A stretch of DNA of 64,000 nt from Chiloscyllium plagiosum (GCF_004010195.1 NC_057753.1:12659631-12723630); one strand, 5' to 3'; positions 37,636 to 51,385 are shown, counted from the stretch's first letter. The notes: a model not told the origin generated them from the sequence alone. Translations and numbers: made by a program.

Positions 37636-40095
37636 TAGAGTCACAGAGTCATAGAGACATACAGCACGGAAACAGACCCTTTAGTCCAACTCGTCCATGA
37701 CCACCATATATCCTAATCGAATCTAGTCCCACCTGCCAGCACATGCCTATATCGCTCTAAACCTTTCCTATTCATATACCCATCCAGATGTCTTTTAAAC
37801 ATTGCAACTGTACTGGCCTTTACCACTTCCTCTGGCAGCTCAATCCATACCTGTCCCACACTCTGCATGAAAACGTTGCCCCTTCGGTCTATTCTTTATC
37901 TTTCCCTTCTCACCCTAAATGGTCGCCGTGTTGTTCGTACTCCCCGACCCCAGGGAAAAGTATTTGTCGATTTATCCTATACATGCCCCTCATGATTTTA
38001 TAAACCTGCATAAGGTTACCTCTCAGACCCCGATGATCCAGGGAAAACAGTCCTCGCCTATACAACCTCTCCCGATGGCTCAAATCCTCCAACCCTAGCA
38101 ACATCCTTCTAAGTCTTTCTGAGCCCTTTCCAGTTTCACAACATCTTTCTCATTAGATGGAGACCAGAATTGCAGGCAATATCCCATCTGTAGCCTAACC
38201 AATGTTCCGTACGGCCGCAATTAGACTTCCCAATTCCTACACTCAATACCATGACCAATAAAAGAAAGCCCACTGAACGCCTTCTTCACTATCCTATCTA
38301 CCTGCGTCTCACTTTCAAGGAGCTTTGAATCTGCACTCCAAGGTTTATGTTTTCAGCAACACTCCCTAGAACCTCACCATCAAGTGTTGAAGTCCGGTTT
38401 ATATTTGCTTTCCCAAAAAGCAGCACCTCACATTTACCTAAATAAAACTCCATCTGCCACTTCTCAGCCCATTGGCGCATCTGAACAAGATCCCATTGTA
38501 ATCTGAAGTAATCGTTTTCGCTGTCCACTGCTCCTCCAATTTTGGTGTGATCTGCAATCTTCCGAACTATACCTGTCATGTTCACAGTCCAATCATTTAC
38601 ATAAATACCGATCCTTGTGGCACTCCACTGGTCATAGGCCTCCAGTGTGAAAAACAATCCTCCACCACCACCGTCTGTCTTCAACCTTTGAGCCAGTACT
38701 GCATCCAAATGGGTAGTTCTACGTTGTATTCGATTAAATCTAACCTTGCTAGCAAGTCTCCCATGGGGAACCTTGACGAGCGCCTTACCAAAGTCCATAT
38801 AGAACACAGCTACCGCTCTGTCCTCATCAATCCTCTTTGTTTTTTCTTCAAAAAAAAACTCAATCAAGTGTTTGAGATATGATTTCCCACGCACAAAGCA
38901 ATGTTGACTATCCCAAATCAGTCCTTGCCTTTACAAATACATGTACATCCTGGGCATCAGGATTTCCTCCAGTAACTTGCCCAGCACTGATGTCAAGCTC
39001 ACTGGTCCATTGTTCCTTGGTTCGTCCTTACCACCTTTAGGCACCACGTTAGGCAACCTCCAATCTGCTGGCACCTCACCCGTGACTATCAATGATACAA
39101 ATATCTCAGTAAGAAATCTATCAATCACTTCCCTAACTTCCCACCAAGTTCGAGTTTACACCTGATAAAGTCTTGGAGATTTATCCACTTTCATCCATTT
39201 CAAGACAGTCAACATTTCCTTCTTTGGAATATGGACATTTTCCAAGATGTCACCATCTATTTCACTACATTCTATATCTTCCATGTAATCTCCCACAGTA
39301 AATACCGGTGCAAAACACTCGTTTAGTGTCTCCCCCAACTCCTGCGGTTCCACACAATTGCCACATTCCTGATCTTTGAGGGACACTATTCTCTCCCTTG
39401 TTACTCTTTTGTCCTTAATGTATCTGTAAAAACCCTTTGGATTCTCCTTAACTGCATTCGCAAAAGCTGTCTCATGTCCCCTTTTTGCTCTCCTGATTTC
39501 TGTCTTAAGTATACTCCTACTGCCTTTATACTCTAAGGATTCACTCGATCTATCGTGCCTGTACATGACATGTGCCTCCTTCTTTTTCTCAACCAACCCT
39601 TTACTTCTTTAGTCACCCAGCATTCCTATACGTAACAGCCTTTCCTTTCACCTTAACAGGAATATACCTTTTCTGGACTCTCATTATCTCATTTCTGATG
39701 GCTTTCCATTTTTCAGCTGTCCCTTTAACAGTGAACAATTGCTTTTGAAAGTTCTTGGTTCAAACCGTCAAAAAATGCCTTTCTCCGATGTAGGAATTCA
39801 ACTTTCAGATCCGGTCTATCCTTTTCCATCATTAATTTAAAACTAATAGAATTATAGTCTCGAGCCCTCAAGTGCTCCTCCACTGACACTTCAGTCACCT
39901 GCCCTGCCTTATTTCCCAAGAGTAGGTCAAGTTTTGCACCTTCTCTAGTAGGTATATTCACATAATGAATCAGAAAATTTTCTTGTACACAATTAACACA
40001 TTCATCTCAGTCTAAACCCTTAACACGATGTCAGTCCCACTCTATGTTTAGAAAGTTACAATCCCCGACCATAAGCAGCCTATTATTCTTACATA
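37636..40095 (-). mobile_element. CR1/HER1-type LINE in GPCR intron, copy B
   Basis: Endonuclease motif PTREGAKLDLLLGNKAGQV; RT motifs YMDFGKALVKVPHGRL and ADHTKIGG. Same position as the copy A element, so it predates the duplication. Confidence 0.9.
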
Positions 40096-40423
40096 TGGAT
40101 CACTGAATGTAAACGTGCAGACTCATCAATCTATTGGGATCGTACATTCAAAACACTGTTAATTTCCAGATAAATTGAATTCTAGTATATTGTAGGTATT
40201 CATGAGTTGCAGGGACATACTGAGACCACACCTGGCGTGCTGCCCACCACAGTGTTTTTTTTTTTATTTAACAAAAGTGGGAAAAGATTTGGAAGCATTT
40301 CAGATAAGGAAACATTTACCAGGTTGATTCCTGGCTTGCCAAGACGGCACACAAAAGGTCCTTGTGATTATCAGCTGAAGAACTCAGTATTACATTCCCA
40401 ACGTCAGCGAAATACGAATTGGC

Positions 40424-40650
40424 CAGAAGAGAAAATGCTGGAAAATCTCAGCAGATCTGGCAGCATCTGTAAAGAGAGAAAAGAGCTGACTCTTCGAGTC
40501 TAACTGACCCTTTGTTAAAGTTTTGACAAAGGGTCAGCTAGACTCCAAACGTCCGCTCTTTTCTCTCCTAACAGAGGCTGCCAGACCTGCTGAGATTTTT
40601 CAGCATTTTCTCTTTTAATTTCAGGTTCCAGCATCCACAGTAATTTGCTT
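40424..40650. mobile_element. Copy-B-specific palindromic mini-element with ~14 bp target-site duplication
   Basis: ~90-bp arms folding about 40520. Flanked by aaatacgaattggc (40410-40423) and aaatacaaattggc (40651-40664); empty site at ~13544-13557. Confidence 0.85.
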
Positions 40651-41216
40651 AAATACAAATTGGCGCCTCACCTACATCTGTTTCAGTGTATATCTTAACA
40701 AAACAAATGCTGACATGTATAACAGTGAGTGTTTTCACCGAATCTCGTTCGAAGGAATTGTATTTGATCCTGAACGAAGCGTAAACTGCGTCCCTCCAGC
40801 TTCCACACTCGGTAATAATCGTTTTAATATTTCCCCACTGTAACATTTTCGGTTATATATTGCCGTCATTATTCGCTCGTACATCTAAGGATCAAGTGAA
40901 AGTTGACTGAATGATCAGCTTAATCACTTGATGTCACTGTAGACATGATTTATCTGTGTTCTTGCTCTCTGTTAAAAATCCAATCGAGTATTTTGTTATC
41001 CTAAGTCTCTAATAAAGGCATGTTTCAGCTGGATGTTTATTTTAAATACAGTTGCTATTGCATCTGCTGCAAGCTATAGCTACCATAGAGTTATATGTTT
41101 CAAGAGTATTCAATAACGCAGTTTATTTTTACTGGAAGCTGAAAAGTAAATTATCAATTCGTCCATTTTATGAAACACAAATACACTTTTTCTCTCTCTC
41201 TCTTTTTGTGTTGCAG

Positions 41217-42115
41217 CTAATTTGGCTGTGATTGCGATCCTGCCTCGAAGGCAATGTGGTTTGTCTGGGTGTATGATACTTTACCTTGTGTCCATGGCGG
41301 TGACAGATCTCCTGGTCCTTGCAACCTGCGTAATATTAAACCGTATACCTGGGATTTACTTTCCATACAGTTTTCTGTCCATTACTCCAGTTTGCAGTCT
41401 TCGTGTTGTCTTAAATTCTATCACTGTAGACAGCTCTGCTTGGTTAACTGTCGCTTTCACCTTTGATCGATTTGTGGTGATTTCGTGTCAGAAGTTGAAA
41501 ATCAAATATTGCACCAGAATGGTCGCAGCATGGGTCATAGGAATCGTGTCTACATTGTGTTGCATAAAAAATGTCTTTTTGTATTTTATATATGAACCTG
41601 CATACACAATTAACAATGTACCTTGGTTCTGCAACCTCAAATTAATATTTTATGAGTCATCTGCTTGGGCCGCATATGACTTACTTCGTAGCATTTTCAA
41701 CCCTCTTCTCCCATTCGTTCTGATTTTACTGCTCAATGCTTTGACGATTAGATATATTCTTCTGGCCAATGGAGCCAGAAGGAGACTCAGGGCGGATAGT
41801 CACAGAGAGAATCAGAGTGACCCAGAGATGGAGAAGCGGAGAAAGTCCATCGTTTTACTTTTTGCCATTTCAGGCAACTTCCTTTTGTTGTATTTGTTAT
41901 TTTTTACTACGATCCTTTATGTTCGAATTGCGAAAGTGACCTATTTTTCAGGTTCAGTTTTCAGTAAATTGACATTTATCCTTGAGGAGAGTGGATTTAT
42001 GCTTTTATTTTTGTGTTCCTGCATCAATCCGTTTATTTATGCTGGAACCCAAAATAAATTCAGAGTCGAATTAAAAAATGTGCTGAAACATCCATTGCGT
42101 CTATTTCTTAAATGA
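41217..42115 (+). CDS. GPR139-like orphan class A GPCR copy B, coding exon 2 (322 aa with exon 1)
   Basis: Acceptor ttgtgttgcag|ct. 899 nt, the same length as copy A, with no stops or frameshifts; MAVTDLL, AFTFDRF and NPFIY are retained. Confidence 0.9.
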
Positions 42116-42625
42116 TTAGAAATTGGAAAATGAGAATATTCACTATCAACCATGTACAATTTTCCAGAAGTAATAACGTAACAACACTGAGACTGGAAAT
42201 GTGCAATTTAAAAAGGCATAACTTTTCATAGCAATCTGTAGTATCATGGTTCCTGTAGGGTTTCTTCGCTTTTTGTTTTCACTTTACCAGCATAAAGAAC
42301 ATAAGTTGTCTGCTTTAATTGCAGGCATTTTGTAAACTATGGTGGCGATTGGCATGGAATAAATCGAAACACTTTCTTTGGTAAAATTGACTGAAGCAAT
42401 GTTTAATTTAATTAAGTGATTTTAACTGTCTATCATACAAGAAACTGAGTTATTTCCCAGAGTGACGTAGGTTGAGGCAGACGGTAATGTTTTATAAGCA
42501 GAAATACGAACGAATGCAGTGATAAATCAGAGAGGATCCGATGTATGATATGCAGACATGGTCAATTTTGATTTAAATTAAAGAAGAAACGCAGCACAAT
42601 AGAAAGTGAGACATGAATGGTTTTG

Positions 42626-43001
42626 TCTAAGACCTCAGTAGCTCAGTGTAGAGTGAGTTATCTTCAGACCCACGACAGTTTAACTAGTGAATTCTGGAGT
42701 TCAACATACTTTTCAACCAAAATTGGTTTATATTAGAAGCACTCGAATGTCGCCTCAGATTATATTCGGGCTTTGAATCTCGGTGTTGTTGGTACAAGAA
42801 TAAGTAACAGTCAGTCCAGGTGCGGTCATCGGAACAGCTTCAAATCATCCCTTCTCCGTCTGTCAAAAAATCTGATGACATCAGCTGAGTGAGAATCCGT
42901 TTCAAATTATACCCAGAAATGAGACAGAAAATAGAATGTGATTAGACAAACTTACCTGTCAGAAATGCTCGCTGTGTAACGCGAAACCCAAACAGCTGCA
43001 T
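42626..43001 (-). pseudogene. V pseudogene V-b, copy B
   Basis: Leader 43001-42956 MQLFGFRVTQRAFLT with GTAAGT donor; acceptor mutated. V reads TQLMSSDFLTDGEGMI*SCS...YLFLYQQHRDSKPEY...TVVGLKITHSTLSY*GLR. Confidence 0.75.
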
Positions 43002-46000
43002 TGTCCTGAACGCTCTACATAAGGAGTGTTTAACATTTGAAGTCACTGGTTGTAATCTATACCCTGGATAGTCTTCATTCATTTACCATCTCAATGGCTT
43101 CTGCTCCCGGAATGCAATGAGACTGATTGGAACTGTTTAGCTTGATTTGATTGGAAGCACTTCAAAATGTGTTAAGACCAGCGATCAGACAGGAGGATTT
43201 TCTTCCACTTTACAGACGTGCGGCTAATTGAAACAGACACCTGTTGTTTAAATTTATTATTTTATGCGACATGAATATCGTTGCTTTGGTTACTATTTAT
43301 TGCTTATCCCTAATTTCTCTGAAGGTCTGCGTGTCTAACTGCCTGAGCACTATTAGTATTGACTCCCATGATCTGACCTCTAGACCATTTTAATTCGAAA
43401 GATTTCGTTTTTGTCTTCATAAAGATCAACACACCCGTCATAATATAAGGATGGAATGTGCTTTATTTAGCAAGCAGTTTCGAAGAACGTACTAAATTCT
43501 TACACTTAAAACCTGTTTTAAACGCCGTCCTCGACTGTAGCTTAAGTTTAATATGCTGTTTGTGTTCTAACTTCAAGGAGCTGCCCTTCTTCGTGCCTGT
43601 TAGCATTGATGCGATAATCTATAATCTTCAGATTCTGTATTTGCAGTGAGAAAATACAAAGAAAACACCTTTATTATTATCTGTACATTTACCGCTCATT
43701 TATTCAGTGTCAATCGACAGCTTGAGGACACCAACCTGCAACAATTCCACTTGTCTACAACTGGATGGTAAACCACTATGCCCTGGTATTTTATGTATTC
43801 ATCCAGATGATTATTCAATGTTGTGTGAGTTTCCAACTCCACAATCATCCCAGGCAGCACATTCCATATTTCGTCCACCTCCAAATGATTTTATCTTTCT
43901 CAGGAGGCCTCTGCACTTCTTCGTCCTCATCTTAAACATATGCTTTCTGGTATTCGACATGCGTGCCTGTGGAAAATCAACTCTCTCGTGCTTCTCTATC
44001 TCTTCCTCTGATTATTAAACACACTTCAATGAGTTGTGTTTGTTCAAAGAGAAACACATCCAACCCGAGTCTACTCATTACAGGCAATATCCTGCTGAAT
44101 CTCCTTTTTATTTTCTCCAGTGCAAACAAACATTTCCCGTTGAGTGAAGAACAGAAATATACGTGGTATTGCATCCCTGGCTTAAGCAATGTTTTATGAA
44201 TTTGCAACACAATTTCTTGCTACTGCATTCAACGACCCAACTACTGATGGCAAGCAGACCAATTGCCTTCTCCACCACCCTCTCGACATTTTTTCTATTC
44301 TGTTATGAAGTTGTCTGCGTGCACTGTTCCTTCAAGAGAGTGTGACAGCTGGCAAGGACTTAACAAACAGAATGTGCAGGAAATTTTAAAAAATGTAACG
44401 TTTGGTTGTGAAACAAATAGCTGGAGCAGAGTTGCTATGTTACTCAACAAATTCGAATTTGACAAATCAATTAAAATTACGCCCCAAGATACCCAAATCT
44501 AATCGAATTTAAATTTTAATATTTTCACGACATCAAACCAATAAGTTGATCCAATGTTCTGGGGTATAAAACTCGGACATTTTGAACAGTTACGAGAGCG
44601 GCAAAGAACACCATACTGTCTGCAGACTGTCTCTCTGAAAGTTAAATTGCCCGCAGTGAAACTGTCTTGAAAGATATCGTTTCACATGAAATCTGTGAAG
44701 AAGAAGACTGAAGAATAGAAGACAAGAAGATACCAAGGGAAAAGCAGCAGCTGGATTGTTTCGAAATTTGATTATTTTTTACATATTCGGCGGTCGATGT
44801 TACCAGATCAGTATATTGTTGCAGAGTGGGAGGTAGATAACCCCACCAGACAAAGGAAGCGTACAGTGTAGATAATGGTTCTTAATCATATTGTTTTCGA
44901 GAAGTGAAACTATTTTTTATTTAAATAGTAACTCTTTGTCACTCATGCTTTAACAGATTACGAGTTGAGATGAGCTTTTCTGGGTGTCTGGTTTAATTTA
45001 TCATAAGGATTTATCCCGAGTGATAACAATTCCTTCAGGGGATGACGACATGACTGCCTGGGCCAGCATGTAAGCAGTTAAGACTCAACCACATTGCTGT
45101 GCATTTGAAGTCACATTTAAATCAGGTGTGCATGACAGTTTCATTCTCTGATGCACATTACTGAAACAGTTGAGCTTTTCTAACAATCAGCTCAAATTCC
45201 ACCATCTGCCATGGCAGGATTCGAACACTGGTCCCCAGAACCGGACATGGGCCTCTGGATTAACAGTCGAGCGAAAATGGTACCAGGTTATCTTCTGCGT
45301 TCACACATAAGTCGTTCATGCATATTGCGGGTTGCAGCATGGACACTTGTGGCATGCCACTGGTCACAGGCTTTCAATCACAAAAATAACGTTTCTTCAT
45401 GACCTTTTCCCTCCTTTCTACAAAGTATTTTTAGGTCTTTGTCAAAAGCTGCATTGAGGTTTTTCTTTTGGGCAAGCTTTTCACGCAGGAACCTTGTCAT
45501 AGATCTCAATGAAGTACTTGTGAACAACTTTGATGTAGTCCCTCTACCAATACATTCATTTGCTTTTCAACAAGAAACACATTTAAATTAAACAGACTCC
45601 ACTTGCAGAAAACTGTGCACCTGAATCAAAAGATGTTTTTGTTTCGCTACACTCGTTCAGGCCCTCATTCACCATTAATAGTTTACCCTGTTTTGACTTT
45701 CCAAATTGCAGGACCTCAAACTTATCTATAATAAACTCCACTTCTCATTTCTCTAAACACTTGTCCAGGTGGTGAATATCGTGCTGCAGTTTATGATAAC
45801 TTTGCTCACTATCTGCGTTAGCTCCTTCTTTAGTGTCCTGTGAAAACCTAGTAATCATCCCTTCTGCATTTTCATGCAAAACATTGCTATAAATAACAAA
45901 CAGCAATGGGTCCAGCGGCCTCCCCTGAAGGCGGACATTTGCCACAGGTCCCCAGTCCTTCCAATATTATGCTCTGCTTCCTACCATGAAGGCAATTTTG

Positions 46001-46352
46001 GACTCAATTTTGCAACTCCCTCCCATTTCATGCGATGGAACCTTCCAGAACAGCCTACCATATGGAACATTATCAGAGACCTTACACCCACAACAAAAGT
46101 CTCGCTGACTATTCCTAGTCAGTCCCTGCCATTCTAAATGCATTTTATCACTTAGGATCTTGCAAAGCAATGAAATTAAATTTGTCAGCTTACAAATGTT
46201 TGCACCATAATCTGCTTAATGCAATATTGTTATGACATTTGTCTCCACATGATGATGTGGCAAACGAGGCTATCTTCCATTCCACATTTGCACAACTACT
46301 CTGCGCTATGAATATGGAGTTGTTGCTTCAGGTCATCGGTGTGAGAACGCCA

Positions 46353-46630
46353 TTAGATTAGATTACTTTACAGTGTGGAAACAGGCCCTTCGGCCCAACA
46401 CGTCCACACCGACCGGCCGAAGCGCACCCACCCATACTCCTACATTTACCCCTTACCGAATTTAGCATGGCAAATTCACCTGACCTGCACATCTTTTGAC
46501 TGTGGGAGGAAACCGGAGCACCCAGAGGAAACCCACGCAGACAATGTGCAAACTCCACACAGTCAGTCGCCTGAGGCGGGAATTGAACCCGGGTCTCTGG
46601 CGCTATGAGGCAGCAGTGCTAATCACTGTG
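46353..46630 (-). mobile_element. HE1-type tRNA-derived SINE (V-SINE-like), near full length
   Basis: Minus strand: gtgattagcactgctgcctc (A-box region), GGTTCAATTCC (B box), central GGGTTTCCTCTGGGTGCTCCGGTTTCCTCCCACA domain, (AATCT)n tail. Confidence 0.9.
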
Positions 46631-46938
46631 CAGCTGGTGTACACCTCCGTGATTAACAAGTTAGATGTTTGCACTTGGTCTGCGGTATCTCTGCATCAGT
46701 GTGAAGGCTTCAGAGTTCATAATACATGGTGCTTTCCGTTGACCAGCCTCAAGATACCTAACATAAACAGTTTATTTCATTTCTGAAAGTTAAAATAGAT
46801 TCTGTCCTGCAATTTTGGAAACTTGCAAACGTCCTCCATGTATCGTCAGTAAATATCTCAGAATTATCCGGGGATATTGGATGTCCAAGTCTAGGTTTCC
46901 GCCAGTGTATGTTGTCAAGTTACGGCAGTGCAGTTAAT

Positions 46939-47234
46939 TCCTAGAGGAATTCCTGGAGGCATGGCATTCATCCACAAACTTCATCAACAAACACATCGAC
47001 CTGGACCCAATATACCAACCACTGCAGCGGACAGCTGAAACTGACATCCGGAAGCGGCAGGGACAGACCAGTATAAACACCGGAGGAAACATCAAAGAAG
47101 CGCTTCGCAGGAGGCTCCCAAGCACTGATGATGTCGCCTAGCCAGGGGACGAAACGTTTGCAACAAAAACTTCCAGCTCGGCGAACAGAACCACAACAAC
47201 GAGCACCCGAGCTACAAATCTTCGCACAAACTTT
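46939..47234 (+). mobile_element. 5'-truncated Penelope-like element, copy-B-specific
   Basis: 11-bp duplication GTGCAGTTAAT at 46928-46938 and 47235-47245; empty site at ~19176-19188 in copy A. Confidence 0.9.
47122..47161 (+). ncRNA. Minimal type I hammerhead ribozyme motif (Penelope-associated)
   Basis: Same 40-nt motif as 4699-4738, with intact CUGAUGA and GAAA cores. Confidence 0.75.
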
Positions 47235-47299
47235 GTGCAGTTAATATGCTTACCGTTCGGATTCAGGTGGATATGGTGGCGCTGAAGTATTTTCACTCG

Positions 47300-47519
47300 T
47301 TCTTGTGCTACAAATCCAAAATGTTTCCGTGTTTAGGGAAACTGCTATTCCTCTCCTCGTCAGGATGAAATGTGATTCCAGGCCCACAGCTTTGTTTTTG
47401 ATTCTTAAGTGCCATTCTGGCTTCAGGGACTGGTAATAACTGTTGTTCAAACCTGTTTCTTTTAGTGACAACGTGGTCGCAGACGCTGCAGTGTATTACT
47501 GTGCGACGCAGACATAGTG
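47300..47519 (+). pseudogene. V pseudogene V-c, copy B
   Basis: DAAVYYCAT followed by CATAGTG (47513-47519). Copies A and B carry different changes at heptamer position 3, consistent with an ancestral CACAGTG. Confidence 0.7.
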
Positions 47520-50500
47520 AGAGGAACAGTGGATATGGCCACCAGTTTCTTGCATTGTGATTCCTGTCTGATTTCTGTTAAACATTCCCCAAAACAAGAA
47601 ATTTACAAAAACTAGTGATTTCACAATTCATAAATTCATTTCTCATTAATTGACAAAATCTTAAGACGATGATAAATTGTAGACAATTATGTTAAATCGG
47701 GCATTGTACACGTGCAATATTAAAAGCATATTCATGGACAGAAGCAGAGGACTNNNNNNNNNNNNNNNNNNNNNNNNNNNNNNNNNNNNNNNNNNNNNNN
47801 NNNNNNNNNNNNNNNNNNNNNNNNNNNNNNNNNNNNNNNNNNNNNNNNNNNNNNNNNNNNNNNNNNNNNNNNNNNNNNNNNNNNNNNNNNNNNNNNNNNN
47901 NNNNNNNNNNNNNNNNNNNNNNNNNNNNNNNNNNNNNNNNNNGCACAGAAGCACTTTATTTATGTATTATTATAATTGTATGTTGAATTTGTTAAGATTT
48001 CATCCTGTTTTGCAGCTAATTCTTTTCATCTGGAGACGTTTCCGAGATCACTTCATCATGGAATTGTTGGACAGACAATTGACTTTAAGACATGTCCACT
48101 GCTACTTGACTTTGTATTCTGCTGCAGACAATCCCGTTATTATTAGCTTACCTCCACATTTATGTAAGGAAATCAATCAGTAATAGCATTGCCCATCTGA
48201 ACATCCCAGTGATCGGAAAAATGAACTGCAGCAGCAGCTTGGGGCCCTGACTGTATCAGTACGCAGAAGCATTAGACACACTTTTCTTGCAGTTGTAGGT
48301 CAATGCGACATTCTCTATTTCCTCATTTTTTTAAATCGGAAAAGAGGTGTTCCACTGTATCATGCTGGTTCAATTTTAATACATGGAAAACAGATGAAAA
48401 AATGACAACCAATATCTTTGCCACCACTTCTCTTATTCGACCAAGAATAATATTTGTATTGTAACAGTCAATTTGTCTTTTTCTCAGAAGAAAATATTTA
48501 CTGAGAATAGGTACAAAGACGAGGGGCGGTTTGAGTCATCTCCAAATATTGATTTCTCACTTTGGACTTCTGCAGTGCAGTATATTTTCTGTCAAACCAT
48601 ACATGCAGATCACTGCCCAACTGCGTTGCTGATCGAATCGATGACAAGAACGGCGTATGGCAGTAATTTCTCAAACAACACTGACAAATTGTTTATGCTA
48701 GAAATGAGAAACAAAAGCAGAAATTGCTGGAAAACTTCAGCTGGTCTGGCAGCACCTATGGAGCAAAATCAGAACTAATGTTTCGTGTTAAATGATGGAT
48801 CACTGCCGAACTGCTAAGTCTGTTTTCTATCCATAGACGCTGGCTGACCTGCTACGTTCCCAAGCAATATTTGTTTGCTTCTCCAAGGACACTCTCAGCT
48901 GCAGTCGGAACAGATAGAGTAAAATAGTAACAGTGTCGTCTCCGAACTGTGACCTGCTGTTTAAATATGGAAGACATTACTTGTCATGTTTCAATTCTCT
49001 ATATCTTCATTAATAGCCCCAGCGTGGATTAACGTTATCCAGTTTCAAGTCTAAGTGGGGAAATAAGGTTTCCAAATATCAGGTCCACTTCCGCCATCCT
49101 GGTTTAGAGAATGGTTAATGGTACAGCCGGGACAGAGAAGCAGAATAAAGAAATATTCTGTCGATCTGCAGCTTCACACATGCATTGTCAGTATTTACTA
49201 TTCTAATTCGAGGAAATCAGTCAAATGTGTGTTGCTGAGAAAGCACAGCCGATCAGGCAGCATCTGAGGAGCAGAGAATCGACGTTTAGGGCATAAGCCC
49301 ATACTGGAAATGTATGTCCCTTCATCAGGTGTCATAATCCCTCAGATATGTGTGACAAATGTTGAAAGACTTATAGGGCTTATGCCCAAAACTTCGATTC
49401 GCCTCCTCCTCGGATATTGCCTGACCTGTGGTGCTCTTCAGTCCTTACTTTCTCCTAATTCGAGGAACTGTGAAGACATTCCTATTATTTAAATATGCAC
49501 CTGACAATATGTGTTTGATGACTATTATATCGAAAATGAAAAACATACTGAAGGAATACATATTCTCCTGATGATTAGTGATCAAAGAAGCATTTTAATT
49601 TTAACGATCAGAATTTTAAACTTGCCTTTGTCCGACAGGTTGTATTTTAAATTAAATTCACTATCACTCTTTGTTGGAACTATGATCACACATATATCTG
49701 TGGAAAATGTTGAAAGACTGACAACTTTCTGAAAAAAGAAATTCTTCCTCATCTCTCTCTTAAGTGAAGCTGTGGGGAGCTCAGTTGGCACAGTGCAAAT
49801 AAATTAATGTGAACTTTCCAATCTGAAACCAACACGAAATGAGTTACTTTTTTCTTCACGCTGCGGGTGTTCCAGACGGTAATAATCCAAGGTCCAGAAT
49901 TCAGTCTAATTCCTGCCCTGGTCTCCATAGCATTCACTGCTGCCAGTCTGATTTGAGGAACCGATGAATAAATGAGCTGTGAGCTCTTGGATCGCACCTG
50001 CTTAATCTGTCAGCAATGAGCCAGCAGAGAGACTGGATATTATTCAACATTAACGGAATTCTTGAATTCAACAATTTCATTGTCAGTCTATTTTGTATAA
50101 ATCCGTATTCACAGCGTAGAATCAAGACTTTTGCTTTCAATGCATTATTTACAAAGGCATCTGTCACAATTGAAACTAATGTTAAAATGTACACAATGTT
50201 TCACATAAAGGCATTGTCAACGTTGTTGTAATTATGCATTCTCTCTCTTTCTGCACTGTTGCGTTATCAGTTGGTATTTGGTGCCATAGCTAGATGATGA
50301 CATTTCAAAATTTCTGCAAGTCGTGGCCTGCACATTCTGTCTCTCAAGAGTCGGGTTCAGCAATGACATTTGAAGACTTTGCAAAGACCGTTAGTTAAAA
50401 ACATTCGACCACTGCTGTTACTATTTAAACTTTGCAAAAATGTGATCAGATTTGATATAAAACATAGACATTGTTGATCTGCTCTGTTATCAGACCTAAG

Positions 50501-51385
50501 CGGGCAGGAGCGGTGGTGGTTCCACTAAGATTGCCCATTTGTTAAATGGGGGATTTTCACTATTTGTTATCTGTTGCTGTCTGACACCATGATATGTTAA
50601 TGAGAGACGCAGGGGCAGGAATCGAATAATCTGAAAGGCTAAACGACTGTGAAAAGAAATACGTTGATTACTAGCACTAAGAAAGTAATTGGAAGAGCAC
50701 AATGCCTCTACATGACTGCTCCTATCGACTCAGAATAAATAAGAGTGATTTCAGATGCAAATTAACTTCACAGTGAGGCATTGGCAGAGGAAATTGGGTG
50801 CAGTCACTAATTCTCCCTTAAAATGCACGTGAAATGTCCGGTTTCATTCGTAACTATTCCCATGTGTATTTGTAAGCTGCCTTACATAAAGTGACACCAT
50901 AAAATCTTTGCCTGCTGCATCCCACATAGAAATTTCCCAGTCACCACTTCACAAACTCAGTCTGACTTGTGAAAAATGAGCGTCTCAATCTAATTTCAAC
51001 AACTGCATTCTTGCACGGAAACTACTTATTTCCGATCATTAAACGGTAAGGCGACTGGTCCGCTCAGTTTTACTTGAAGCTGAATCTCAGACCCAGTTAA
51101 AAATCAAATTGGTTCAACATTTAGTGAGTTTGCAAATTGTCCCTTTTGTCAGTTAGTGGCAACCTGACTGTGTTTACGCATCATTTTCTAAACATCCGAG
51201 CGCACCATTAATGTCTCTCTTCTTTCACACAAACTTTGACGTTGTCAGAACTCGTTCATCCTATCACATTGTACACAGGACGTGACATCAAATAAAAGGC
51301 AGCCAGTGCTGTCACCTTTGTGTTGTCTGATGTTGTTGTGGTTTCTGAGGCACAGAAATATTTCTCACATTCCGGTGCAGCAGTA

